A DNA stretch of 64,000 nucleotides, from positions 75,702,001-75,766,000 of the forward strand of contig OZ024742.1 in NCBI GenBank assembly GCA_964016885.1. Reading direction: 5' to 3'. This document shows, in pieces, positions 39,853-54,532 of the stretch. The notes under the pieces are model-generated. The model was not told the DNA's origin. It was given only the letters and a program-made list of their open reading frames with translations, and ran no database searches. Position 1 is the stretch's first letter. Each line of letters begins with the position of its first letter. Both the position numbers and the translations under genes were made by a program. This DNA comes from Eledone cirrhosa (Eukaryota).

Positions 39853-40585
39853 ATATACGCCCACACACACTTAACAGAACAGCATTTATCTCTGCTCACG
39901 GTGGTCAACACCCACGCTCATACACTCACATATGAAACACTCTACACAGACAATGGCCCTTCAACCACTCCATCGTCTGACGCATGTCATGAAATTCTCA
40001 CGCCTACAACTTTGTACAAACAAACAAAAACATAAACACATATATAAACAAATACATTTATTCCTAGATGCTTGGCTCTCCTCCGAGAAGTACATGTATC
40101 TCGTTCTGTAGAAACTTGTATTCTCCTTCTGATAAAATTCCGTTTTCATTTTTTTTTCTACTATATAAAATGTTAAACTATTAGATCGTCATTGTATGGA
40201 ATTCTTCTACCGTGATGGTTATTTTTGTTGACATTTATCATACATAGAAACATTCACACACACACATATGTGTATATCTATAAATATATGCGTATGTATC
40301 CATCTATCTATTTCTTTTTCTCTCTATCTCTATCTCTCTCTACACATTCACACACCCACATAGACACACACACATACACACACACATATATATATATATA
40401 AATATATATATATATACATATATATGCAGGTGAGATAGACTACACAGATACTAATAACAGAATGACATATCCGATATTTCGAATAAATAAGATGTCAGCG
40501 TAAAAGAAATGTAAATATCCCTCGACACACAGACACAGGCACACATACAGACACAAACACAGAGATTTACACACAAATATATGTT

Positions 40586-40631
<46 letters not shown>

Positions 40632-40639
<8 letters not shown>

Positions 40640-41177
40640 TAAAAGGAAAAGAAAATGGTGACAAATTGTTCCCAGTGAAAAATAGTTTAATTAGGAATAA
40701 GTAAACATTAGTAATTGTTTCTACTTTTAGGCACAAGGCCAGCAATCACCCAGTGCATTACTGGTACTTTATTTTATCGACCCCGTAAGGATGAAAGGCA
40801 AAGTCAACCTCGGCGGGGTTTTGAACTCAGATCGTAAAGGGACGTAACTATGCTGGAAAGCATGGCGTCCGACCATCTACCGATACTGCCAAATTAGTAA
40901 TAACTATTGGTTAGTATTCGGTTTTAGTTTTGAGTTTTTACCATTTTTACCAGTATCACAAAAATACTGGTCCACCCCCACACATACACACACACACACA
41001 TATACACACACACATACATACACACGCGTACACTAATATACAAAGAGACATACACACACACACACTTCTCCGTATAAGACAAGAGCTGTAAAAAATATCT
41101 TTCAACATGTTACAATATGCCCCAAACACGTACAGACACATTCCTACTGACCGATCTCTCTACCACGAATTACTCTG

Positions 41178-41225
<48 letters not shown>

Positions 41226-41753
41226 TTGTCTTTATAGGCACCTGAATAGGACCTTTCAACATGACTGCAATTCACACACACATCTCTACTGACCATTATC
41301 ACAATAATGAACCTCTTTACTACACACACACACACACACATATTGGTCTTAAAAGACTCAATTTTCAGTGACTTCTCAATCAGGCGAAAAAGGACACATT
41401 TGGCGCAAAATCAATTTTTAACATTCACGTGACCTCTACCGACCAATCAAAATTGTTTTGACCACAATAATGTTTGCAACATGAAATGGCGCGAAAATTA
41501 TTTTAATACCTATGGAGCCATTATTTTCACTTAAAACGGGTAGAATTTACAAAACTAATCAGATTAGAGCAAATATCACGGGCGCTCTATCTCAAAATTA
41601 TTTTTGAAAGGCATTAGAAATGCGTAACCGGTAAAAACTCAAAACTAAAACTGAATACTAAGCAATACTTATTACTAATTTTTACTTATTCCTAATTAAA
41701 CTATTTTTCACTGGGAACAATTTGTCAGCATTTTCTTTTTCTTTTACTAATAT
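40632..41753. mobile_element. MITE with ~125-bp TIRs, left TIR interrupted by a SINE
   Basis: 40635-40712 + 40893-40942 is the reverse complement of 41629-41752. Confidence 0.8.
40713..40892 (-). mobile_element. tRNA-derived SINE with attagtaat target-site duplication
   Basis: Full-length family match; attagtaat on both sides. Confidence 0.92.
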
Positions 41754-41785
41754 ATCACACCTCGTGTGTTACACCTCTATTCTTT

Positions 41786-41832
<47 letters not shown>

Positions 41833-42586
41833 GATATTAACAAATGGAAACTATATTTATAAAACCATATTTATTTTATTATACATATTTCAAGGACACC
41901 ACGTTAAATTATAGTGTGCTTTCATCCGACAAAATACAATATAGATCAGTTTTATAAATAAATATTGACATACCCTTAAAAAATGCAACCATTACTGTTG
42001 GAAGCTCCCGGATAGTGGAGTTGTTTACTTATATTATTATTAGTATTGGATATTTTTATTTTAAAAATAAGTCGTCGGGTTACAGAGAAAGAAAAAGAAG
42101 GAGAGAGAGAAAAAGAGAGAAAGAAAGAAAAAAGAAAAAAGAAAAAAGAGAGAAAAGGGAGAGAGATACCAAAACAGCAGAGAGAGAAAATATAGAGATA
42201 GAGAGGTGACAGAGAAAAGGAGAGAGAACCAAAACACTAAGTCATATCTTGTTGAGTTAACTTAACAATTGAGATGAAATGAATAAATAAAATTAGAAAT
42301 GTTAATAAACATGAATGGAATATATATATATAATTTGAGAAATTAATCATTGTTTAAATATGATTAGATGTTTAGTTAATCATTTAAACATTGAGATCAA
42401 TATATAAAAAATTGGGATCTATACGTTAAGATATCCATATATTGCAAGAGAACTACATATCATATAACACGTACACACACGCAAAAAATACATACAAATA
42501 TATATACACACTTATAAAATACATACCATATCTAACTACGTATATAATATATACACACAAAGCATAAAGGATTCTTTAATTTAATG

Positions 42587-42761
42587 TAATTGTTTCTACT
42601 TTAGGCACAAGGCCAGCAATTACCCAGTGCATTACTGGTACTTTATTTTATCGACCCCGTAAGGATGAAAGGCAAAGTCAACCTCGGCGGGATTTGAACT
42701 CAGATCGTAAAGGGACGTAACTATGCTGGAAAGCATGGCGTCCGACCCTCTACCGATACTG
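42587..42761 (-). mobile_element. tRNA-derived SINE
   Basis: Near-consensus copy flanked by an aatgtaat duplication. Confidence 0.92.
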
Positions 42762-43309
42762 AATGTAATACACACTTTATGTTATTAAATAAAATTTTGT
42801 TTATATATATATATAAGATTACCTGTTATGTGTTTAATTATATGTCTATCTGTTAGGAATCATTGGGATAAACATTATACGTAAGTGCAATCAAATTGTA
42901 TGCATATACACGCACATGTACATATATAATTCTCACATATACATATATATATATGCGTGTGTACCCTCAGCTAATAGGTAGATACGCATCACGCATACAT
43001 ATACATACAGACAGACATATATTCATAAAAACGCATAGAACATATGTACATGTATGTCATTATACACATATACATATATACTCACATATAGAGAGAAGTA
43101 TATGTCAATACAGTACATAGTATAATTGAGTACATAAAATACAAAAGGATTATATTACAATTTGGAAATATAATTATAGCAATATAACTTTAAAATATTA
43201 TAGAATATTTTAAGTTAAAATAATAGTATGTTTAATAGATTTAGTATAGAAATTTATCTTACGTATATTTAACTCAAAATATCGAAAAGATGAGAAGCTA
43301 TCAGAACAA

Positions 43310-43322
43310 GGAAACAATAAAA

Positions 43323-43354
<32 letters not shown>

Positions 43355-43480
43355 AAAAAATAAAATAAAAAAACAATAAAAAAAAATCAATAAAAAAACA
43401 ATAAAAAAATCAATAAAACAAATAAAAAAATAAAAAAATAAAAAAATAAAAAAATAAAAAAATAAAAAAATAAAAATAAG
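43310..43480. repeat. A-rich (AAAT/AAAAAAAT)n low-complexity tract
   Basis: Direct inspection. Confidence 0.9.
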
Positions 43481-43645
43481 AAATAGGAAATATTTTCTCC
43501 TTTCAAGAGCTCTCAATATATTTCTCTAGAATAGTTTATTATATTTATATTTATATTTAGGAAGAAAAGTTATTTATATTTGAGTGTTTAATCAAAAAAA
43601 GATGAAGGTTTCATATATTAATAAAATTAATTAATTAATTATATA

Positions 43646-44330
43646 CTACATTTTAAATTTATATTTATATTTAAACGTTGAGTTTAATCTATGTCTGCAG
43701 CAACTGAATAAATTATTCATTAAGTTCAGGGAATTTTTGGTCTTTAATATAAAGAATATTTCCTCTATACAAAGATCGCAATTTTCTGAAGAGGAGTTAA
43801 AAGGAGTAACTTTTGAAATAATATTCCAAATCAACGAATATTCAACGTTCTCTAGTTTTAGGTCCCATAATAGGCTAGATAGAGAAGTTGAAGATTTTTG
43901 TTTGGATCTGTAAAAGAATTTTTATGATTATTGAAGCGGGATTTAAACTCTGTGGAAGTAGATCCCACATAATTAAATGAATTTAAATTAGTTTTTACAT
44001 TACAATTATATACTACATTTTTAGCTAAGCAATTGTTATTTAACGGACAGTTAGATTTATTTCTACAGTTACATTTATCAGATTGAATATTGCTTGGGTT
44101 ATTATTGGTATTTTGGTTAGGTTTTAAATTTCTATTATTAATTCTATTAATATTTTGCGCTAAATTTTTGGTGGAAAAATAAGTTAATTTTATAGTATGT
44201 CTATTAAACATTGAGTAATATCTATGTGTTCTAGGGAAGCATTTGTCAAGAGCTTTAAAGAATAGTTTAGCAATAGGGATTTTAATATTTAATGAGAAAG
44301 GAGGAGCGAACCATAATATGTTGCTAGTTC
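43646..44330 (-). pseudogene. Penelope-like C-terminal fragment (thumb + GIY-YIG), frameshifted
   Basis: ILWFAPPFS...HRYYSMFNRHTIKLTY...CNCRNKSNCPLNNNCLAKNVVY...YVGSTSTEFKSRFNNH; then CDLCIEE...CCRH in the next frame. Confidence 0.88.
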
Positions 44331-46090
44331 TTAAACAGTGGGGAAATACGGGTGAAGTTATTGAATCGTTTAATGATATCAAAGTGAACAAAAATAAAAA
44401 AAATATTCAGTTTGATATCAATTCATACTACACCTCTATTTCCCCTATCCTATTAAATAAGGTACTAATTATAGCCATGAACAATAGTGACCTGAGTAGA
44501 CCCCAGATTGATGTCATACTTGCGGCCCGTAAAACCGGTATCACTTTTGAAGATTATGCGTATCCTTGGACCCGCAAGGATACGCATAATAACTTTGACA
44601 TAACCATGGGATCTAGTGACTCGGCGCAAGTCACTGATTTGGTGGGCCTATACCTACTAAACGAAATCCATAATGACCTGCCATACCTCAACGGTGGTTT
44701 GTACCGCGATGATGCACTACTCCTTATAGACTATAACAAATTTAATATAGAAAGAACTAGGAAACTATTGCATTAAACTTTCAAAACTATAGCCTAAGTA
44801 TCACCATAAACAAAAAACACTAAAAACGTTAACTTTCTGGATGCTGCCCTTTACCTAGACTCTAGGATATATACACCATTCCATAAACCTAATGAAAAAC
44901 TAATTCAGGTAGATACCAAGTCTAACCACCCTAGATCAATATTAAAGTCTATCTCTAAAGGAATATCCAATAGAATCTCCAATCTAATCTATCTTATGAC
45001 GAAACGATATTTAGTAAACACTCACAATACTATAATCAGGCATTAGCTAGATCAGGCCATAATAATGAGATCGAGTTCCTACCTATAGAAACACATAGTT
45101 ACAATATTATTTCTCACAATATGTCCATGAGGAAAAATAGTAATAAAATAAGAGTAATAACCACACACACACTAATACGAAGGGTAGCAACAAACGTAAC
45201 TCACACCAGGGAAAACACCAAAATACCATAAACAGAAACACCTCAACAGACATAAAAAAAATATAGAAGAAGAACTAATACATGTTTCAACCCCCTTCAA
45301 TCTAAAAGTCTCTACCAATATACCCAAGGCTTTCTTCTCAATCCTGGATAAAAACTTCCCATCTAACCACAAGTACCATAGTCTTATAAATAAAAACAGA
45401 TTAACATCTCCTACTCTACCACACCTAACATAACATACCACATAGCTAGTAGCAATAAAAGAAACATTAGTACTTACTTTCAACAAACTAAAACACAGGA
45501 GGGGTAAACTTTCAAAACAACGTAATATCTGCAAACCCTGATATCAATAGTAATAATAGTAATAGCACTAATGAAATCAATAACACTGGGGTCGACAACC
45601 CCCATCACCATACTGCAATACCTAGCAACCAGACTTCTACGCAACATAATAACCGACAGGTTAACATCCAAAATAATTGTAACTGTAGATCTAATAGAAC
45701 CTGCCCTTTAGTTAAAAACTGCTTAATCAAGGACATCATCTACTCATGCACGGTCAGGACTAACAACTCTTCTGAAACCTATATAGGCTCTACTTCGAAC
45801 TGCTTCAAAACCAGATACAATTCACATCTTCACTCTTTCAAAAAACACAGTCTAGCCAACTCCACTTCACTATCTAGCTACATACACTATCTGAAAACTA
45901 GAAATAGATCATATATACTTCAATGGGAAGTGATAGGTAAGGCAGCATCGTACAGACCACCTAATAAATTCTGTAACTTCTGTCTACTAGAGACCCATAC
46001 TATACTCTTTCCGAACCTTAACCTCCTTAATACAAAACACTCTCTGATCCACCCTTCCCTCGACACAAATCATTCTAACTATCTATAATT
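44330..46090 (+). pseudogene. Penelope-like RT-GIY-YIG pseudogene
   Basis: QWGNTGEVI..F, QFDINSYY, MGSSDSAQVTDLVG, YRDD, NFLD, SNHP, CNCRSNRTCPL, YIGSTSNCFKTRYNSH, CNFCLLE, with stops and frameshifts. Confidence 0.9.
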
Positions 46091-47281
46091 GTATACCCTA
46101 GAAATATCCCCATAAACACCAACTTTTAATATAATTACTTTCAATTACTTATAATTATATAGGAATAGAAATATAATACAGTCTATATAAACTTTACGGC
46201 AGTGAATTATGTATACAATTGTAATTAAATGTATGCAGTAATAACATTATATATATATAGGATTAATTTATTAACATAAGGGATCTGTCTAATTTATATG
46301 TAGGGTGGTGCAATGAATTATATATGAATTATATATGCATGTATAACTTGATGGACAGATTAATGACATTGTAAATAAGGGATGTATTTGTCTACCCATG
46401 ATATGTATTTGATTTTATCATACAAACAGCCATACGCTGCTCCATAGCTTACCAGGGGTTATGTAGACAAAATTGTAATTGGTCCTCTGATATGTTTTGA
46501 GAGTAGACAGTGAATTTTGATATAAAGATATGGCACTTTGTGTGGGAAATTCAATTATAGCGCTGTATAATAAAGAGTAATCAACTTCCTATAGATACCT
46601 TTAATACATTATGATAGAGTAGACTGTATTTAAAATTGAAAATTAGATATAAATATATAACCTTTTATATAAGGGACTTAATTGAGGCACCATATAATGT
46701 ATGTTAGAGCAATGAATCAGTTAGTTACCTCCCCTTAATTACACACCTACTTCCGGGTAATAAACCACTGTAAATTCTCGCAGCAGAAAGAAGCTATTCT
46801 ATAAATATGGATTAAATAACACTGAGCCTCAATACGCTACAATAATTTAATCCATCAAATATTCAATACGAAATCATCGTAACTTATGTGATCGATGTAA
46901 AAAGTATACTTCCTTTTTCTGAATGTGAAAATGGTGGTGGATGCGAAAACTAAAACTTTCTTTTTCTTTTGCTTTTTCTGCACACATACTTTTTTGATCT
47001 ATACAAAAAATACCCTACCACTACAACCACCATAATACTCTTGCATACCCGCTTAAAGTGCTTGCATTACATGGAACACCTTGCCACACAATAATCGTAT
47101 ATAAATGAGACACACTTGCATGCTCCATGTGTGACTAACGCATACACTATCTACTAGATCTGACTATCAAACTATCCTCTTACATTATCTGTGTTATCTG
47201 CCGCATGTATTTTAATTTTAATTTTAATTTTAATTTTGAGTTTGATTTTAAATTTGAATTGCTGTACAAATATATATACAT

Positions 47282-47325
<44 letters not shown>

Positions 47326-47458
47326 GTATGTCTCTTGCGTTGTATAGGAGGTCAATTATATGTACAAGCATTGAAAAATGGTCCGAAACGCCAAGCCTCG
47401 GTTTGGATGAAACTATTGTAAGTGAATAAATGCTTTGAACATAGCTTTGATTCTTGTG

Positions 47459-47495
<37 letters not shown>

Positions 47496-47498
<3 letters not shown>

Positions 47499-48326
47499 TA
47501 AAACATGTCTATAGAATCACCAGATAAAATAGATACCATTTCCTCTCCCAATTAGCATAATTAACTATATAAAAAATCGAATAGACCAGGCTATAAGAAT
47601 AAGACTTCTATGAAGAAATCTCCAACAAATAACCGAAACTAGCCCTTCGCATCGGCTGCGACGGAATATTTATCGAATATTTCGACAGCGTAATAGCCCA
47701 GATATACAGTCAATTAAACAGAATTATGTGTAAAATAAACTAGGAGAAAAGAGAATACATTTAATAACCTCTACCATGGTTTCGTTCGCATTTTGAGATT
47801 TCCAATAACTTCGGAAACTCGAGCATCGGACTCTTAAGGAGTTTGCTCTAATCTAGACAATAAATTTTCCAAAGTGATCGAGCCAAGAATACATTCAAAA
47901 ACGGCTAAGAATCGTGACGTAGCAGCGGTCAGGTTGGAAGGAGTGTGGTAGTTGCTTACGGCTGGTGGCTTTTTGCTAGAAAGCACAGCACAATACAGCC
48001 AAATTTGTATCTCAACCTAATGGGAGATTATTACATATAAAGGTTTACATATATATATATGCATATATACATATACGTATTTTGCAACGGGTCACTTTGT
48101 GGCTCAATGAAAAGTAAATAAATAAAATAATCAGAGCTATATATCATAAAACATGTCTATAGTGTCACCAGATAAAATATATACCATTTCCTCTCCCAAT
48201 TAGCATAATTAACTGAATAGAAAATCGAATAGACCAGGCTATAAGAATAAGGCTTCTATGAAGAAATCTCCAACAAATAACCGAAATAGCCCTTCGCGTC
48301 GGCTGCGACGGAATATATATCGAATA
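47496..48326 (-). mobile_element. Non-coding ~648-bp unit with ~185-bp direct repeats and degenerate HHR
   Basis: 47496-47680 is repeated at 48144-48326. Minus-strand HHR at 47768-47842: ctc CTTAAGA gtccg...gcgaac GAAAC catg GTA gag. Confidence 0.78.
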
Positions 48327-48600
48327 TATATATAAGTAGTTCCAAAAGAGTTAGTTCACCATTACCGGAGAGAAGGATTGTTTCACCTTATTCGTATCAA
48401 TAGCTCGGATGATGGAGGTGATGATCCGAATACTGTCAAGTAATTGTTCTCCGCAATGGTAAACTAACTGTTGTGGAACTACTTCTACCAAATTCGTCCC
48501 ATGGACTGAGTGCTCTACTACTGCAGATATAACCCACCAGTATTCTACTATTATATATATATACATCTATATTTATATACATACATATATATATATATAT

Positions 48601-48650
<50 letters not shown>

Positions 48651-48679
48651 TATAGTAATTCACCGTAAGCTAGGAATAA

Positions 48680-49660
48680 ACTACGTTCTTAGTGGCATAT
48701 CGTTACATATCTACCACGGAGTATACCCTTGTGCCACCACATAATTAGCCTAGTAACCCTTCCAATCTTCAAAGTACGCCAGTACGTAGTTCAATCGATG
48801 TTTTCCTGCTAACCAAGCAGTGCAATTATAATTGTTAATAGCAACAAGAAATCATACGGAATCAGGTTTGGAGTGTCTGTGTCATGACGAATGAGGAAAA
48901 TGCCAAGAACATTTGGATCTGCTGCGATGAAGATACTGGGGTATTGCTGCTGCCGGATATCCGATCTATTTCGCTGCATCAAGAAAATATCGGAGGAATT
49001 TCTGATTTATTACGAAGTAACTGTAGTGCATATCCGTGAAGAGCAACACCCGGTAATCGATGAAAATGTTTAGAATCATCCTGAATGTTGCACCACACCT
49101 ACGTCATATTTGGATTTCGTTGTGGTAGAATAATTCCACACTCTAAACTGTCGTTTCTGAGTCGGACACGCGCAGCCACTTCTCATCTCCTGTTATCGCC
49201 GAATTAAGGATCTTAGGATCCTTGTTAGCTGTATCCAGTATGTTGTTGGGGCTGCCAAGAAAACTACTTGGTCACACGTTTTGCTGCCTTTCTACACATG
49301 CTAAAATAGACTTTCAAAATTGCATGTGCAGAAACTTTACTGATTCGCAAATTTTTCTTGCCCCGTCAAAGAACGATTTTCTATTAGCAATGCGCACACT
49401 TCCTCAATAACAACTGCATTGCGGCTTCTTGATGGCCTCAGGGAACACTGGTCACTCTTCACCGATGTGTTGCATTTGCTAATTGTCTTTGCTTGGATAT
49501 ATCCAAACATTTGTCAAAACCTTATGCAAATTCTTTGCTCCACACGTACCATACCCATGGGCGACGTGATACACGTTAAAGGTCCTTGTACAGCTCCACA
49601 TAATCTGGTTGCCTAACAACGACTGACGCAGTCAACAAACTCTCCAAAACTACCACAGAC
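48680..49660 (-). mobile_element. Degenerate mariner transposase relic
   Basis: Minus strand reads ITGDEKWLRVSDSET and MIL.IFIDY (mariner ITGDETW..YDPET, KVMLTVFFD); many disruptions. Confidence 0.7.
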
Positions 49661-50767
49661 GCCTATGAGTGTATAAGGCTACAATCTGCACATTTTGTCT
49701 CCCTAATGTTATTATTTCCCACTAGAAACATACAGTCATGTGGGTGGGCGTGTGTGCCCACGTATGTATGTGTGTGCTTTTTATGTGAGACTGGATACAA
49801 TGAACGATGATGTGAAAAAAACTGTGATCGTTTTGCTGTTTGTGTAAAAATATATCTCTCTTCTGTTGCACTATAATTTACAACGTGTAAAATATTTCTA
49901 ACCTGGCATTTTAGCATGTGCCAATTGTAAATCTAAGTCAAAACTGACGACTTATATACTATTATTTTCCATATTGGTATCCTTCTTCAACTTTCAAGCT
50001 ACAGTAGTGATTGAATACTGATAGGTTTTTGTTTCTTTAAAAATATAATCTTGGTCATTAGTTGCTAGTGAAACAAAGAATGTAATTGTCTGACGGACGT
50101 CATGCCAATATTTACCTAGCGGCTAATTAGCATCTATTCAGTTATTTCTGAGAATGATAGCTTCCTAGAATCTCTTAAAAGTTTATTCTATTTTCAGACC
50201 CTTTTACTTCTTGTCTCTTCTGAATACAACTCCAAATTAACTAACACACATTTTGTTTCCAGCTAAGAGTAATATTTGTCATTCTGTTTTCACCCCTGAG
50301 AAATTCTTTATAATAGTACATTGACTCAGATGTTAGAAAAATATTTTTATATATTTCAACGATTAGCATATTTGATATATATTTAGCATATTTGATATAT
50401 ATTTTATAGTTTGACAAGTTGCCAACATTCAGAATGTCATTAGTAGGAAGCTATATAAATGTATTAAGATATTTTTCTTTACTTATAACATACTGACATG
50501 AGAGTCCGGATAGTACTTATACAATAGTGCAAATCAGAAGGAAATTGTATTAATTTTTTGTATTGCTTACCAAATATTGATATGTATATATGGTCCCGTA
50601 ACTCCTGGCGGAGGCGTATGTCGCGATGTTCATATACGGCGTTTCTCGGGGATATTTTAAGCCTGGTGGAGCCCATCTCCACACCAGGTCTTAACACAAC
50701 GGATTTCTTCCAGAGAAATATAGAAAGTAAGAGAGAGGAAGTGAGAAAGGGATATAGAGGAAGAATC

Positions 50768-50850
50768 GACACCAGTACTATACTGGTAATATTTTTATCG
50801 ACCTCGGAAGGATGACATGCAAAGGTGTACTCGGCGGGATTTGAAATCAG
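50768..50850 (-). mobile_element. SINE fragment
   Basis: actggtaatatttttatcgacctcggaaggatga..gcaaagg..ctcggcgggatttgaa. Confidence 0.75.
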
Positions 50851-51549
50851 TGAGCAGAGAGTCGGAATGATACGGGAAATCATTCTATCTGAGTTTCAAA
50901 CGACTCTGATAAAATATTGATATACTATATCACTAAATATCTTTCTGGTATTTAGATGTGTACAGTTTTCATATATATTTCATGTCACTGATATTTTAAT
51001 TCTTATATTATTTTTCCTTTGCAAGATGCTTCAAGCGTCTAATATTTCATAAATAATATCACGAATCGCACACATTTCAGAAGATATTTTAATACATATT
51101 CAAATTTATAGTATATAAATATACATATTTTCCTTGCATAAAAATACGCATCGGAAGGGTAAACTGAGCTACCATAATATCTTGCGACAGTCATTTTGTT
51201 CGTTTTTTTTTTTTGTTTTATCTTAAATTATACAAGTAAATAACCAGTCTATATTCATCTATACAACAGATAAACAGGTCATTACATTACATTAATGTTC
51301 TGTCGATTTTCTTTCAGTATATGGGGTCACTAATAATTATAGATGCAGGCATCACCATGTTACATGTAGCTTACTTCATAATCCCAATGGTACAGGTTCG
51401 ATGCCCTCCTTAGTAGCACCATTGTTATTTTTGTTTTGTGTGTGTATGTACTATGTATGTGTGTATGTATATATGTATGTGTTTGTATGTACTATGTATG
51501 TATGTATGTATATTCTTCAGATTTTATAATTTTATAAATTGTTATCAAT

Positions 51550-51594
<45 letters not shown>

Positions 51595-51707
51595 GTCTAA
51601 TATCGACACAGGACTCTCTCATTGGAATTTAAACAGCATCAATTAGGTAAATTTGTCTGCATGTCTGCATGCATGTATGTGTGTGCATGCATTGCATGCA
51701 TGTGTGT

Positions 51708-52110
51708 TCAGGACAACGGCATACATAGGTGAGACAGCTCGAAGCATAGGAGAGTGAATAGACCAATACAGGGGGAACTAAAGGGACAAAAAAGACGGTT
51801 CTGTGCTATATGAACATGCCAGACAAAGACATGATGGTAATATAAACAACATAGAAATTAAAATAATATCTAAACATAGAAATGAGTCAACAGATAGACA
51901 AACAAGAGAAGCAACTGAAATAGAACTAAGAAAACCGAACTTGAACAGAAATAAATAAATGGAATAACAACAACAACCATACACAAACAAACAATACTGA
52001 CCTAAGGTAAATATAAACAAATAAATAAATATACATTACAATGCAATGGTAGGAAACATAATAGTACCACTAATGACGTTACAGGGTGTGATGAAAGAAC
52101 TTTGATAGAT
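51708..52110 (+). mobile_element. Penelope-like GIY-YIG 3' fragment (family of 4160-5335)
   Basis: AYIGETARSIGE*I...GSVLYEHARQRHDGNINNIEIKIISKH...RQTREATEIELRKPNLNR; decayed HHR at ~52066-52105. Confidence 0.82.
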
Positions 52111-52112
52111 TA

Positions 52113-52299
52113 TATCTATCTATCTAAGGCGGGTAAAATTCCCGAGATCCATGGACGAGTTCTCTCCAGCGGTCTCTGTCCCTCATTATCGCTGCCATAT
52201 CCTGAATTTCCAACAGACCAGTGTCTGTCCTTAGGGCATCAACATATGTTAACCTTGGTCTTCCTCTTCTAGTGTGTCCATGTAGGGGCTCCCAAAGAT
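52113..52299 (-). mobile_element. RTE-like LINE 3' end
   Basis: LWEPLHGHTRRGRPRLTYVDALRTDTGL..IQDMAAIMRDRDRWRELV, then a stop and a (TAGA)n tail. Confidence 0.85.
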
Positions 52300-52580
52300 T
52301 ATATATATATATATTTATATCTGTATTTTTAACCGTTGGTCAATCAATGAGAAACATTGACTGCCAGATAGCCAGATAGATTAAGTATGGAGATATAAAA
52401 GACACAGAAGCGAAAACAACTCCAGACCAAACAGTGAGTGTGTTTTATTATTATTCCTGGCAATATTATAACAATATATACAAAAAAAAAAAAAAAAAAA
52501 AATATTTGTTTCAACATAGAATTTGATATAAAAACCTTGCAAAACACACACGCAGCCACCCAAACACACACACATGTATG

Positions 52581-53347
<767 letters not shown>

Positions 53348-53611
53348 CAGAGAGAGAGGAAAGCCTGTTATAAGGAGCGAAATATCACGATAAATTAACG
53401 GAGCCATAGACTCTCGTCATTCCCTGTCAATAATGTGCTCAAAGGAAAAGGAATCCTGAGCTCTTTAAAATACAATATGTTGAAAAGGTAACACACTAGA
53501 CAGAGATAGTGCGCCATCAATAAAACAGGGAAAAACCACCAGTGTATGGAATCTATAACCTATGAAAGGCAGGGTAGACACAATAATTAAAAACATAAAT
53601 TAAAATGTATA

Positions 53612-54507
53612 TACGTGGTGGGTCAGAAAACTTCCAGGACTGATGTCACAAAAGATTTATTTTAAACCCAAACTTCACACTAAGAGTTTTCTCCTTCAAA
53701 TTAATCCCCCTGGAGTCTAATGTACTTTTCCATGATTTTATGCCACGCTTACATGCACTCCTAGAAGGATTCTTCCGGGATCCTCCGTAGTTCCATCGTC
53801 ACGGCCTTTTTGATGTCGTCCACGTCTTCAAAACGGGTACCCTCCGGGTCGAAGATCCATGATTCATCACCGGTGATGACTGTCCCTAGCAAGTCTGGTT
53901 CGGTTTCAAAACGTTCGAGGATGTCCTGGCACACTTGCATGCGTCGACCCTTCTGGTCATCGTTCACCAGATTTGGCACCATCTTCGCGCAGACTTTGGG
54001 CATGTCCAAATCTTCAGTGAGAATCTTCCAGACGCTGTCCCGATTCATGCCCAGCTCATTTGCCATCAGTCGAACAGTCAGCCGACGATCGCTACGCACC
54101 ATCTGCCTGACGCGCTCAACGTTGACCTCAGTCCTGGTTGTTGAGGGCCTTCCGCTCCTGGGGTCATCTTCCTCGTCCTCGTGTCCTTCTTTAAACCTCT
54201 TGCACCACTCAAAAACACGTGAGCGTGACATCATCTCTTCTCCATACACTTGCTGCACCAATCCCAGTGCTGCTGACGGAGTTTTCCCCCAACAGTTCGT
54301 TGCTTTGTGCTCATTGCTTGACGACCTGAAACAGAGGACATGTATATAATATTATGAAGAAAAAAGTTTGATCGCTTGAGACAGGTAATATTACCGTTAC
54401 ATACTCCAGGCGGATTACTTTGAAGGAGGAAACTCCAAGTGTGAAGTTTGGGTTTGAAATAAATCTTTGGTGACATCAGTCCTGTAACTTTTCTGACACA
54501 CCTCGTA
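53612..54507 (-). mobile_element. Internally deleted mariner element with ~100-bp TIRs and TA TSD
   Basis: TIRs at 53614-~53716 and ~54403-54505. ORF 53761-54261 has VFEWCKRFKEG, PRSGRPST, AKMVP and ITGDESWIFDPE, then jumps to the C-terminal RFEDVDDIK. Confidence 0.93.
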
Positions 54508-54532
54508 TATATATATATATACATATATGTAT

